From: Vicugna vicugna
Lineage: Eukaryota
DNA length: 64,000 nucleotides
Assembly: GCA_013265495.1 (NCBI GenBank)
Contig: MU058451.1
Span: 1,836,167-1,900,166 of the forward strand
Reading direction: 5' to 3'
Shown: in pieces, positions 21,487 to 35,269 of the stretch
Layout: every line of letters starts with the position of its first letter
Position numbering within the stretch: the stretch's first letter is position 1
The notes under the pieces: generated by a model
Told to the model about the DNA's origin: nothing
The model's input: the letters and a program-made list of their open reading frames with translations, nothing else
Database searches by the model: none
Made by a program: the position numbers and the translations under genes

Positions 21487-24123
21487 TTCATTTGTAATTT
21501 TAATGACTGTTTCATTATCTAATTTGTCAGTCAGCTGTGAGGATATTCTGGCTGCCCTGTCTGTAACCTCTTGGGTTAATTAGGCTAGCCTGGCTGGTCA
21601 GGCAATTTCCACCTTTCTGCTGGCCCTTCATGTGTGTCTATGGGAAGCACCCACTCTGTGAATGAGGGAGAGAGGCAGGCCCTGAGGGAAAGCAACTCAT
21701 TCTTCATAACTTCTTCCCAGAACCACAGCACAGCTCAAGATCCATTACAGCCATTAGATCACACCTCCATTTACTTTGTGAATTGCATGTGTATGACATT
21801 TACATTTCAACTGAATCAGCGTTATTCAGAGAGTTCAGTAGAATTAATGTGTCATAGCTTAGTAAGATTTTAGAGTATGTATAACATTTTGTTTTCAATT
21901 TTTAACTAAAATATTTTACTAATAACGGTTATAGAAATAACCGAATAAAAAGGTAACTTTCTCAGTTCAAGGAAATGTGACACAGAGAGGAAAGAGATAA
22001 ATATATCCAAAAGATTCTGATTCACTGTGATGTGTATAATTTTGGAAATGTCACTATCATAAACAGAAACTTCTTGCAGTTTTGAAGTTTTGGGGAAAAA
22101 CTCTAATAGCTTATGGCAGTTTTCAGAAAATGTATTCTTTCTTAGTAATGAAATCATCTGACAGGTATTTCATTCAGATTCTGTACAAGAATTTAAATAA
22201 AACACAGCCGTAAAAAAAAATTCTCTCATTATTTCATGATTTCACATTTTCTGTTTCAAGGGATTTCAAATCCGGGGGCTTGCCATTCAGGGTCCTGGAG
22301 AATTAGGAAGCAGCCAGTATTCACAGGCTCATCTGATTACCTGGATCTACCCTATACCAACCTTACCATACTGCCTGCTGCTCTCTGTCCTCAAATATTT
22401 TATAGTCTAGTTGAAGATCACATGGTTGAGAATATTGACTTAAAGACGTGCACAGACGTAAAGGTGCCTGTGTGCTCATAGTATCATACAAAGAGCGCCG
22501 GCTGACCCTGATCAGAGGAGTCGGACTCTGGTCTCAGTCCCACCACTGATTAACTGGATCACTTGACTACAGCTCACCAAGCCCCGGTCTCCTCATTCAT
22601 AAGACAAGAAGATTGAACACGATGATCTCAAAATTGCTTACAATACTAATAACCTAGATTCTGTCTTCCTTTGCTGATGTCCTAGAGGACCTCAGTAGTT
22701 ATCAAGAGATTAGATTGTGCTCTACCAGCCAGGTGAACAGCTGAGCCTGCTGAAAGCTGAGTGGCCAGGAAAGTGCTTCCAATAGGTGATGACTGCTCTT
22801 AGTGATAGGTCAATTTGAGCCTCTCATTACTCTTGTGATGCTTTCAAGGCTAATTACTATGACCTATGACAAGGATCTCTGTCTTTGATAGAACCTGGAT
22901 TTGGAATAAATTCATTTCAACAGGAAATTCTGGAGAAAGTTTGAGGATTACCATTTACTGTAGAATATATAACTTGGCATATAATTGGACTGGCTTCCTA
23001 CTTTCAAAAAAAAAATTTAAGGCACCAAGATCCTCTCTTACCCACAGCCTTCTCTTTCAGAGCCTCTTCACTCTCACTGCCTTCTTCCTAATTTAGATTC
23101 TCATTATTTCTTACCTAGACAATTTCAATAACCCATGGACTTGTCTGCCCACCTCCTCTCTCTACATAAGGCAGTTCTGTACAGCACTATAAGCATGGAG
23201 AAATGCCTTAGAAAGATTAAGTCTGCAGAAAAAAGTGCAACTCTTCGGCTTGCTGTTCAAGGCCATAAAGAATATAGATCCACCTGCCTTTCCGGGGTTA
23301 TCTCCCACCAATTGTCCATGTTTACCCTTTGTTTCAGCAAAGTTGAATCACCCCCTGGCCTTAAGTATGCCCAGCCTCACCTAACTCTGCTACTTCCCTG
23401 CCCCCACTGGTTTTTAAAGTCCTACAAGTCCTTAAATGTTACCTTTCCCATGAAGACCTTCTCTGGCTGCAAATGTGTGTCACCTCTTTTTCTTTTAAAT
23501 TCATCTGTTATTCTGGGTAGTTCTCTTAAAGTACTTATATTCTGCCTTCCATTATTTTATACCTTAAATAATAAAATTGGGGAACCTCAGAGCTGAATGA
23601 AATCTTACAGAGCATTCTTAATTTGAAAGATATTTTATGGATCCTGCAGCAGAATTCTGAGCAGGGATGGAGATTGATTTTTCATCTTGCCCATTGATTT
23701 CTCACTAGAGTCATATCACTCACATTCCTAAGTTCTTACCGTAGCTTTTTGCTCAAAAGAGATGCACCTCTCACATTTATTGGATACATTGGATGCAGTC
23801 ACCTCAACAAAGGAAAATAAATACTGATGTAGAAAAATCACCAACACACACTTTTCTTATGCTAATTAATACTGTCACAAGTTAATATCATGTTGAACAT
23901 TACAGTCTGAAGAATCTTTCATTCTTCATTAACTCATTCATCCAGCCTTAACTGAACAGCTACTCTGTGTTAGGTACTGGGTTGGATTCTTCCTGTTCTA
24001 GAGTACTTACAGATTAGCAAGGTACTTGTCAGGAGACTTGTAATTGGTCCAAAGGAAAAAGGGCCCAGCCCCAGAAACTGTATTAAGAAAAATTCTATCA
24101 CAGCCTAAATATATGAACGTGAG

Positions 24124-24608
24124 TGTGGTAGACTGTTAGCATTAATAGCTCTGTCTTTCACCTCTTTCTGTATGCAGATTCTTTGTCCATATGACCTTGA
24201 AGTTTGTACCTTCGAAAGGTAGAGTACAGTTCACTGCTGCTTGATTCTGAATGTAATCATTGCACTTGCCTTGGCCAATATCACGTTAGCAGTTGTGTCA
24301 CAGGCGGCAGCTTGAAAACACACTCGCCTGTCTCTGTTTCCTCTCCTACTTCATTTCCCTCATCACAAGAATACACCTAGACTAGCTTGCAGAGGCCAAG
24401 TCCCCCGTGTCTCTTGAGTGTGGCCATCCTGGGTCAGCCAACAGTCAGCTGACACCTAGACATGTCACGAAGCCCAGTTTCCATCACCTAAGCCCTGGCC
24501 AGATCAGCCCCTGCAGACTCACCGGCTACATAAATGGTCATTCCATTCCACTGAGGATCAATAGTTGATTGTTTTGTAGCATTAGTGGGGCACTTGATAA
24601 CTGACACA
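24124..24608 (+). mobile_element. MaLR LTR (older MLT1F/G/H-like)
   Basis: tgtggtagactg...tgcacttgccttggccaat...tgattgttttgtagcattagtggggcacttgataactgacaca. Confidence 0.7.
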
Positions 24609-26139
24609 GTGAGAGCAAGGAGAGTCCTCAGTCTTGTACCTGCCCTAGCAAGGAAGTGACAAGTCGTTCACTAGCGGTTTCCTATTTGCTAGCATATCTA
24701 AGGGCAGCTGGATCCAATGTTCATTGAAAAAAATCAAAGGTATTCTGGAAAGTTTATTTGGCTACAAAATTATTGTTTTTAATTGAGTTAAATGAATTAG
24801 AAAAATAATGGAATCTCTCTATTTAAAACCATAAAAGAGATACTACTCAACTAACTCATTTTCCTGAAACTCATTAGCATAGCCATTTCCACCACCATTG
24901 CGGCAAATTAACGTGGACTATTTCTCCACATCAGTAATTATTTATTTATCAGCATACTATCGCATCCTGAATTACAGATGGCTTAATGAAATTTGACAAT
25001 GGCACATTGCTCCTTGAGAGACAATTTTAGGGGGCACCATAAGGCTGTAGGCAGTTGTGATCAAGTAAGATAGTTTTATTTTCTATTATAATGGCTCCTA
25101 TTACCATTCACTGATACCATCTCTAGTGAAAGTTCAGTTTACATTGTCTTTTGCTCTTTTTTATTTAATGACAATTGTTTCTAAGGTCTCCAAGTCTTCT
25201 ATTTATTGAAAAGGTTTCTGGATCAAATTGCAACTTAAAAATTAGTAGCATTATCACAAAAAATACCATGGTTGACAGTGACTGGCACACAAGGCATGAG
25301 TCAGTAATGTCTGGTGGATTTGATATTTCTCTATGTTAAGAGGAGACTGTTCTTTTGATTCTGTGGGTTGGTGGAAGGCCATCCATGACAGAGCAGAGAG
25401 TATACCAGACTACTGTCCAATTTCCACTTTTCCCAGTGCCTCCTGCTTCTGTCAGGGGAAGCTAGCAGCCTTCAGTTGATGTGACTCAGCCCCAGCCTTG
25501 CAATAATGCATGCAAGGTTGGTTTATGAGACTGACGCGCTGCCTGCTGCACCAAGAGGGCAGATAAAGGCTGGTTTAAATGTTGCCTTTAACAGGTTGTT
25601 TACAGAGGGAAGAAATCATGGAAATGCAGAAGCATACACATGTACAAAGAACCACAGGTGAAGCACCATTTGTTCAGTGGCAGATGCATAGACTGGGTTC
25701 ATTCCCTGCCATTAGCATCAAGGGGCCATGTCACAAAGTAGCAGAAGATCTGCCTCCTACAGAGACCTGCAGTTGTTTCGTAGGGATAGACTGGCCCACG
25801 GGAGGAGAAGAATGAGAACAGGGTGGGTCTGGCTGAGCTATGGGTTGCCTTCCTCCATGGTATCTAAGCTAGAGCATCTTGAAAAGTCATCTTGAAAATT
25901 TGGTAGTGGGTAGAATGATTGGCCTAAGCCTGAGAAAACCCTCTTTAATTAGTCGACATCATCTCCTAGGCCGTGTCCACGTGCGAGCTTGGTTTCCTTT
26001 GTAGCATCATGGATAGAATTTTATATTTGATGGATATCATGCATATTTTTCATTGATTTCATTTCAGGATGGGATTGTGAGCAGTTTTTGCTTTGGCTTT
26101 CTATTATTGTAATATCATGTCTGTCATGAAGTAATTCTT

Positions 26140-26872
26140 TTTAAAATGAAAACAAAATGGAAAATAAGAAGTGTTGGCAAGGATGTGGAGAAATGCACAC
26201 TGTTGGTGGGAATGTAAAAAGCACAAAGGTGCAGCCTCTATGCAAAACAGTATGGCAGTTCCCAAAAAGTTAAACATAGAACTTCCGTGTGACCCAGCAA
26301 TTCCACCTCTGGGTATATACCCAGAAGAATTGAAAGCTGGGACTCCAACATATATGTGTATGACAGTGTTCATAGCAGCATTATTGACAATAGCATTATT
26401 CACATCCTTCTGGAGAAGACCCAAATGTCCATTGACAATGAATAGATAAGCAAAAGGTGATTTATACAGATAATGGAATATTATTCAACTTTAGAAAGTC
26501 ATGAAATTCTGATATATGCTACAAGACGGGTGAACTTTGAAAACATTATGCACAGTGAAAGAAGCCAGACATACAAGGACAATATTGCATGATTCCACTT
26601 AGAGGAGGTACTTAGAATCATCAAAGTCAGATAGACAAAAAATAGAGTAGTGGTTACCAAAGGCTTGAAGGGGAGGAGAAAGAGGAGTTATTTAATGGGT
26701 ACAGAGTTTCAGTCTGAGATGATGGAAATGTTCTGCAGATGGGTGGTGGTGACGATTGCACATCAAAGTGAACACACTTAATGCCACTGACCTGTACATC
26801 TAAAAGTGGTTAAAATAGTAAATTTTATGTTGGCTATATTTTACAACAATCAAAATATGAAAGAGAAAAAAA
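26140..26872 (+). mobile_element. L1MB-like 3' end (ORF2 C-terminus and 3' UTR)
   Basis: gtgttggcaaggatgtggagaaat, acactgttggtgggaatgtaaa, gacccagcaattccacctctgggtatatacccagaagaattgaa. Confidence 0.93.
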
Positions 26873-29289
26873 CTATTACTAGTAGCTTAAGTGCATCAGT
26901 ACATTCCCTGGTCATTCTGTGAACATTTTCCGTCAGCCTCTTGATTGCCTGTCTCTGCAGAAAGAACTGGATGAATGATAGTATGATGATAAGGTCATAG
27001 GCTGTAAGGTCAAATCATGGCATGAGTTCAAATCTCAAGCACATCTCTTACGGCTATGAGGCAAGGTAATTAACCTTTTCTTACCCTTAATTTTCTTTTC
27101 TATAAATGGTGATGGTAATATCTACCTAGATAGGTTGTTTTAAAGAATTAAGCATCTTAGAGATCATAGTGTCATTCTTTTTTTGCACTAATGCTTCTGA
27201 TTTTCCTTCATTTGGTTTGCTAAATACCACTTACGTTAAGTCACAGGTTTCATCAAAGATCAAGGACATATCAGGGTCTGCTTAGGTTTTGGAAGGGTGG
27301 AATGGCATTTCGTTACTTCCCATTTGTAATTTTAAGGTCTTGAGGAGTTAGTGTATAGTAATTAAACTTTACAAATATAGTACTTTTCATTCATCAGCCC
27401 CATTTACTTATCGAAGAAAAAAGTTCAATATAAATGAAAAGAAGCTTTACAAATACCATCATGGTAAAGATTGTAATTCTCTTTATTTATAAAGTAAGTG
27501 TGAAGTTATTTGCTTAAATAACTGGTGATAGGAGATATGCCATTTGTCTTTGTAGCCCCAGCAGTTGGCACATATTAAGTATTTAATTTGTGTTTTGAAT
27601 GGAAATATGAAACCTAACTTCTGACTCATAGAGAAAGATATTTGTAGGTTGAAAACTACAAGGGTGCAACTGTGAAACCATGCTTCCAGCACACAAGCTT
27701 CCAGATTGAACAGTTGAAAGAATTGTTAGAAAAATGTATGTGTTCTACTGTGGAGCATTGGATAAAGTTACATCAAATGAAAAATAAGGATTTTTTTTCC
27801 TTTTATAAAAGGAAAAAATGATGTTACATGGAAATGAGAAAGCAAACATGTGCCTAAAACAACCCAAAAGTAACTGCTGTGGTTTCACTCTGCTGGGAGG
27901 GCCGACTTCTGTTTATTCTTTTAGTTATTCCCTCTGCTTACATACAGCTAAATGCAGAAATGACCGATGTGGGCTGCAGTGCTGGGAGAGAACAACATGA
28001 AACAAAAAAGGATTGTTTTTATTGCAAAACAAGGTAGTGTATGTAGGTACATTGGGGGGAAAAACTTAATAAAAAGTATTTTTAGTGTCTTTGCCAAGAA
28101 TTTTTTTGAATCAAAGCTTTTATGTTTATGAGTTTTCTGATGGAAGCAGTGAGCACAATCTTTGTTCAATTTGTTTCAAAGCAATATTGAGGAAAATTGA
28201 ACAAAATATGCAATAATAAAAAATTCTGTGCCATCCCCCTGGGTATGAACAGGCTGACAATATAATAGATGTTTTCCATTTTCCTGTGTCTACATTCCTA
28301 GGTGGCTGAGGCCACATATCACCCTTGGTCCACTCCCACCATTTTCACTGACATTAATGGGAGGCTTATTGCAGAAATAAGGCAATCTGCAGTCTTATTT
28401 TTATTTATGGAATGAGATCATTCTGTTTGGTATAAGAACTCCATTGTCCCTCATTATACACTCAAGACAGACAAAAATGCTGGTAGCAATTATGTGAGTG
28501 TACTGGAGAAGAATTAAGCCTCAGAAAAGGGTAACATTGCAAAGATTCATTTAAAGGAGAGATGTTTAAAATAACTCAGCAATGAACATTCCAGACCAGT
28601 CGCATTGTTTTTGTTCACACTATCTCCTCCACCACCCCAACCTAGTCATCACTAATGCACAGAGCATCTTTAGATTTAGAGGTGAAAATTGAGAGGAAAT
28701 GATAGTATTTCTTTTGTCAAAGTCTCCATTGCAAAATCAAGGGCAATAATTGCTAAACATAAAGAAGTTGAAAATAATTCATTTAAATCATAAAGATATT
28801 GAGGCCAATGAGCAATGAGCATTTACCTCAATTCCCATGGATAATAAAATTGTTCCTCAGTCCTGGGATTATTAAAATCCACTTTAATATTTCTTCTCTC
28901 CCATAGCATCCTGGGAAGACTCCGTCATAGTTTTCATGGCTTGAGGAGGGTTTCTGCTTTGGATTAGTGTTTTCTGCTCCCTATATTCTTGTTCTGTTAC
29001 CTCCTCCCATAATCTAATGTTTACACATCCATTAACCCACCTTTCTAGGTAGTACTAGATACCTCTTCATGTGCACATTAAAGCATAATTCCTTGATTCC
29101 TTAAATCATCATTCCAGCTAGAGCTTTGCTGAATTGCATACTTTTTTTGGGGTGGGGGTTGGATAATAGAATTTACATTTAAATGTAGTAGAACTCACTT
29201 GCAATTGGATTGGGCAGTAGTCAGCAGACGTTTAGTTTAGTTGGGCAAGCAGGGGTTAACATTAGGATGTTGAGATTGCTTTTTATTTC

Positions 29290-31150
29290 ACTTCGAAAAT
29301 GGAAGCAATCAGAAGAGAACGTCCACACACTCCACCACCACAACCAACCCTTTATCTGTACCTGAATCTGTATACACTCTCTGTCTGCCTCCCTCTTACA
29401 AACACCAGCCTTTCTTTCCACTTTGCATTGGGTCCTGATACAAGTTGACTCGTGTCCTTCCAAAATTTATATATTGAAGTCCTAACTCTGGTACTCAGAA
29501 AGTGCCCTTATTTGAAACAGGGTCATTGCAGATGTAGTTAGTTAAGATGAGGTCATGCTGGATAAGGATGGGGCCCTAATCTACAATGATTGGTGTCCTT
29601 ATGAAAAAGGAAAATTTGGACTCAGACACACAGGAAGAACTTGCTGTGAAGATCAGACTTGTGGTGCCTGGGAAGACCCTTCCCTAGCGAGCAGAGGGTG
29701 CATGGACCTGCCAGCATGTTAAATTTGGGCTTCTAGCTTTCAGAATAGATATCTTTTGGTTAAGCCACCCAGTTTGTGGCAGCCCCAGGAAGCTGATACA
29801 GATACCAGCCCCTCTCCTCACCAAGCCATTATTCTCACAGCATTAGGACATCTTCTCCTCCATGTAGACCATTTCCATCAGCACATAAACATACTGTAAG
29901 CCCCCAACAGCTTTGGCCCAGTTTCTTTGCTCCCTCATAGAAAAGTCAAGAAATCATTTATAATCCCTCCCTCCTCCTCTTCTCCTCCATTCTCCTTGAA
30001 ACTAACTCCATTCAGGCTTTTATCAGAACTGCTCTTGACTGCTACAGTGCCAAATCCAGGGCATTGTATCTCAGTATATATTTTACTTCATCCATCAGCA
30101 GCAGTGAATACTTGGCCTCCAGGACACCATTCTCTTTTTGTTCTTCTCCAAAGTCAATGGCTACTCTTTCTTATTTCCTTTGCTGTTTCATCCTATTTGC
30201 TCCCCTTAAACATTTGTGTTTCAATTATACCTCAGTAAAGCTCTTACAAAAACAGACTGACAGTAGAGTACTTCAGATCTCCATCTCCAGACCTATTAAG
30301 ATGCTCTAAATCTACCTTCATTCTTAGATGATCTTATCTAAGCCCCCTGGCTGTAAATAAAATATCGCTATGCTGAGGCTTCCAAGTTTGTCTTCATCTT
30401 GGACCTTGCTCCTGAACTCGAGAATTGTGTGTCCAGCTACTAGGAGGCATCTCAATAAGGATCTCAAAGTAAACCTAGATCCTTCAAACCTGTTCTCCAG
30501 ATGGAAACTCCATTCTTCCTGATGTGTGAACTAAATATTTGGGAAACATCCTTAACTCCTCTTTTTTTCTGACACCCATATCCATGATACCAGAAAATTG
30601 GAAATATCTTTGTAACAGCCAGCATCCAACCACTTTTCACCATCTCCACTACCAGAGCAAGCCACCATCATCTCTCTCTTCATTTATTGCAAGAGTCTTC
30701 TAATTGAAGGCATGCTATGTTAATAATTGCCCTGTAATCTACCTTCCATATGGCTTCCTGGATAATCCTTTCAAAAAGAATGGATAATGTCACCATCTCC
30801 TGTAGTTCCCATCTCAGTTCCATCCAAAGTCCTTATCCTGACCTGCAGGCTCCATGTGATTTGCTCTTCCATCATTCTGTTCCAGCCGCCCCAGCCTCAC
30901 TTATTGTTTTGTTTTGTTTTTTCCCTGGCATGCCAAGCATGATCCTGCCTAATGGCCTTTGCACTTGGTAGTTCCCTCTGCCTTTGATGCCTCTGCTGGA
31001 TGGTCCCATGGCTGTCTTCCTCACCCCTTCAAGTGCTCAAATGTCATCTAACTGAAGAGTCTTCCCTGATCAAACTCTTCCCCATCACTATTCCTCTTAC
31101 CTTATTTGAAGTAACACTAAAAGCTTCATGACACACAAACGTATGTTGAA
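29290..31150 (+). mobile_element. L2 LINE, split by an MLT1 LTR
   Basis: gaagcaatcagaagagaac, caagccaccatcatctctc, ctttgcacttggtagttccctctgcc, aaatgtcatctaactgaagagtcttccctgatc. Confidence 0.75.
29436..29800 (+). mobile_element. MaLR LTR (MLT1B/C-like)
   Basis: tatattgaagtcctaac, gggtcattgcagatgtagttagttaagatgaggtcat, ttaagccacccagtttgtgg...ctgataca; decayed 5-bp TSD ggtcc/gatac. Confidence 0.85.
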
Positions 31151-34071
31151 TAAATTACTGAATAACCCAGGATTAGCCTGGTAAGTTTACCCTGCCGAGT
31201 ATAGCCTGGTATTCCTATACTTCATTCAATGCTCTGATGTATCCACCTCAGATCCTGCCAGGTGTCCCAGTGTGGATTCTTATGGTGATACCTTTGAGGA
31301 ATGTTTCTCTTGTTTTCTGTATTGTCTTCATGTCTAGATGAGTACCCATCACATGGTAAATGATTTTGAATGGCTAAGTGTATAGTTGGTTTTTGGCTTT
31401 AGCTTTTTAATCTTGAGCTATAATCCTGACCCAAATTGATTCTGCTATAATCTTGTTCCATGACAGATTTGTTTTAAAGGGATTTAGATGGCACATCTTC
31501 CAAAGTATGACAACTAAATCATGTTTTAGAAAACCCAGGGTACTTTGTGAAACTTTAGTGAAATAAGCTAAAGCAATAAAAGCCACAACCAACTTTTTTT
31601 TTCACAACCAACTTTTAAAGAATAGCGTGGACAATATTCTTATTTGTACACAGTCTCATATAAAACAATTTAAACATTTTTCTTTTTGTATGTATTAATA
31701 GGACATGCCCTTCATGTCTGGCAAGAGCCTTTCATCACATGGTAACTAGACTGCAGTGGGTCTTGGTTCATAATGCTTAGCACATGACATCAGCATGTCT
31801 CAAGCTTTTCCAGTGAAATACTTGTAATATGAGAGAATGGCAGCATGCACTCCCCAGAGTCTGGCTGTGTAAACCGAAAGAGTCAGCAGCAAATTCAAAA
31901 GTGGTTCATGTTTTATTATGAAAAAAATTATGGAATTTTCCATTCTACTCTATAATAAACCCATGGAGTTTTATGTTTTGACATAAAATACTATGAGATA
32001 TTTTCAGCTCAATTATTTATATTTTTTCCTGAATCCTCAAAAGTAAATCAAAAATGAACCTTGTTTATCCTGTGGCTTGGAGTAGCCCCTGGGACCTGGC
32101 ATCAATTTAAATCCTGGATCTGGGACTGACTACACGATGTTTGGCAAACATCAGAATTGACCATCTTTGTTAGATGTGGCTCTGGCAGCTACTGAACCAA
32201 CCCAACTGCCTAGGATGGCTGCCCTCTGGTCTTATGGCTGCTCTTGGCAGCTGATAACTTCCTGTCTGATCCAATCCTCATCTCTAATAGAATGATGCAT
32301 CACTGTGTAATGGGTCCTGTTTTATTCATCCTGTTCTATTAAGCCAAGATCAATAATGGAACTAGCATCCTGAAAGCTCAAATTATATACAAGTTTCGCT
32401 ATGGTGTCACCCCTCCTTAGCACAAAACATAGTTTAATAATATTGAACGTTTAATAAGGTTTTCATTACCCAAATTTCTAAGGCACTAGAACACACTTTC
32501 AGCTCTGATACATTTGGGGATTTACCCAAGCCCGTATTCCAGGGAATGAAGCCTTAGAGGCCACCTAGAAGAGCTTACAGACAAAGGGCCATGACATAAG
32601 TAAAGGCATGGAGGGATAAACCAGACAGGTTGAGGATGGAGAACCTCAGGGTGAGGGAGCCGTGGGAGGTGAAGTCAGAAGGATAAGAGGGGTGAGGTCA
32701 TGGTGTAATACGACATCTAACCTTCTCCCTTGGCCTTGGATGCCTGCGCCATTGAGACATTGGAGTTTATTAGTGAAAGTTGTCATGCTGCCAAGGGGAG
32801 GCTTTTGGAAGCCTTTGGATTGTTGACATGAAAATGAATTTGGAGATTTTATGTGGATTTGGGGGCTACTTCCTGGCTGTGAGAGTTCATGTGTCAAGTG
32901 AGGGCATGACAAAGCTCACAAGGTCATTCCTGATGACTAATGCAGTAAAATAGAACGTTTAGCTGGTGGGCGTGCAGGAGTGCTGGAGGCAGAGTGGTGT
33001 AGCTTGAGCTCTGGAGCCTACTGCCTGGGTTTGAGCTCTGGCTTGGCACCTATGTGCTGGATGGGGCTTGCTACATAATCCCAAATTCTCCAAGCCTCAC
33101 TTCCTCCCTCCACCCAGAAGAGGGGGATGATTATAGAGCCTTTCCAAAGGCAGTTTGTGAAGATTAAAAATATAAGCATTCAATTTCTGCCCGCTTTTGT
33201 ATCTCTTCTGCTGTCGTGTAACAGCCTGCAGTCTAGGAGCAAAAAGAAATAAAGGAGCAGGCGTGGCAAAGGTGGAGAAGAGCTGATAACTGGTTTCATA
33301 TTAAGGGTATTGCAAATAATAAGTCAGCCCTCAAAATGGTTAGATGGACAGTGAACGGGAAATCAGGAAATGGAGTGAGTTCAGTTTGAGGGGATGAGAT
33401 GATATAGTGGGAGATGTTGACTTGAAGTAACTTTCCACTGGCAATAGTAGGCCAATACCAAGTTCAAATGATAAACTTACTGGGGCAGCATACTTTATTT
33501 TCACTCTTCATTTATCAGGCACTGATGTAGGATGTTATTAATATTTGCACTAAGGGGCTGAAAACCCAAACTTGCCAGTTGTACTTTCTGCAGGGTGGTT
33601 GAACTTCATAGACCCTCCCTTGTGGCTATTTTTAAAGGAAAAAAAAATTTTTCACTGAGTTTTCTAGCTGAAGCGGATCATCTGAGTCTATCCCCTCATT
33701 CTTTGGCTGAGTAAATGGGGACCCAAGGCAGACAGTTGATTTGCTCAGGGACGTACATACAGCTGCTGAACGGACAAGCCAGATGGGACCCCTGTCCCCA
33801 GACTCCCCTTGCTTGCTCTTGGGATGACACCTTGCTTCCTTCATACCTGGCTCTCTGCTCACTTTATTACTGTTGGGTAGATGCCAGAATTAAACAACAA
33901 AAGTCTTACTTATCCCCCAGACTCACTGTATGGATATTGCCTAGGAGTAAGCTTAGGGTAACCTACATCCCAGATTCGGTCCTCTGTGGCAATAGATGTT
34001 GGGAGAAAGGCCCATGAAGGCTGCAGGCTTTCGTAAGTGAGCCTTCCTTTCCCAATCAGGATGCCATCTTT

Positions 34072-34477
34072 TTATCCTGTTGAGTGGAGTAAGTCAGACA
34101 GAAAAAGACAAATATCATATGATATCACTTATATGTGGAATCTAAAAAAAATGAGATAAATTCTATTTATAAACCAAAAACAGACTCATGGACATAAAGA
34201 ACAAACTATGGTTACCAAAGAGAAAAGGGCAGGGAGGGATAAATTAGGGATTGGGGATTAACAGACTCACATTACTATATATATAAAATAGATAAACAAC
34301 AAATACCTACTGTATAGCACAAGGAACTATATTCAATTTCTTGTAACAACGTATGATGGAAAACAATCTGAAAAGAAAAAAATATATGTATTCATATGTA
34401 TAACAATCCCTTTGCTGTACACCTGAAACGAACATTGTAAGTCAACTACACTTCAATAAAAAAATTAAATAAAAAAA
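34072..34477 (+). mobile_element. 5'-truncated cetartiodactyl-type L1 3' end
   Basis: aagtcagacagaaaaagacaaatatcatatgatatcacttatatgtggaatctaaa...ctactgtatagcacaaggaactatattc...aataaa + A tail; 14-bp TSD aggatgccatcttt / agaataccgtcttt (3 mismatches). Confidence 0.92.
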
Positions 34478-35269
34478 AGAATACCGTCTTTGATTCTAGA
34501 GGAGAACCATAGGTCCTTTCAGCAGGAGTCTCCTGAAAGGCTTGGCATGACTTACTGGTTACTGGGCGGTGATGGACCAAGGCAACAGAATATCTTATAC
34601 TTTTCTAAATTTTATGTAATTACATATATAATGTATAGTAATATATATAATTATTGTACTGTGCCCTCTGGAATTAGGAATACTGCTGACTAGAATTAAA
34701 AAGAAGTTGCCAGTTACAGTGTTAATATCATCCTGTTCACACAAGAATTTCTGTAAGCTCTAAAGTCATTTCTAGTAAATCCCAGAAACTAGAAAAAAAC
34801 CCATATTTGATGGTGGCTCTTTCTCTTTCTCACTGTCTCCTGACTCAGCCTCAGAGTCTTTCTCAACACAGTTGTCCAGGTAGTCATTGGCGTTAGAGCT
34901 GAATTCTAATTGTCACCTGGGCAAATTTGATAAAATACTATCATTAAGATTGCATCCAAATATTAGAAGTTATTCTTTCCCCATATTTACTGTATTTCCA
35001 GAACATGTGAAGTAGAAAGAGAAATCAAAGAATCACGTGGTCTAGTACTGATGAAGTCATACGTTCGGTCCTTGTGGGCAACATTTATCCCGACGTAATG
35101 AAAAAGCTCTCTTACTCTTTCCTTTGTAATGTCAGGGAATATGAAGTGAACATTAGGGAAGTAAAGAGACAAGATAGCTCATGTACTCTGCCATCATCAT
35201 TGAATGTCAGCATTCTTTCCGTTGCTTTGACACGTTTTCTTCTGTTCCTTCTCAAGGGTTTTCATTATT

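Noticed and set aside
23135..23596. 153-aa ORF
   Set aside because: Overlaps degraded L2-like sequence and has no recognisable protein features.
26104..26449. Overlapping ORFs with WWECK and PCDPAIP motifs
   Set aside because: L1 ORF2 C-terminal remnant and its antisense, not a host gene.
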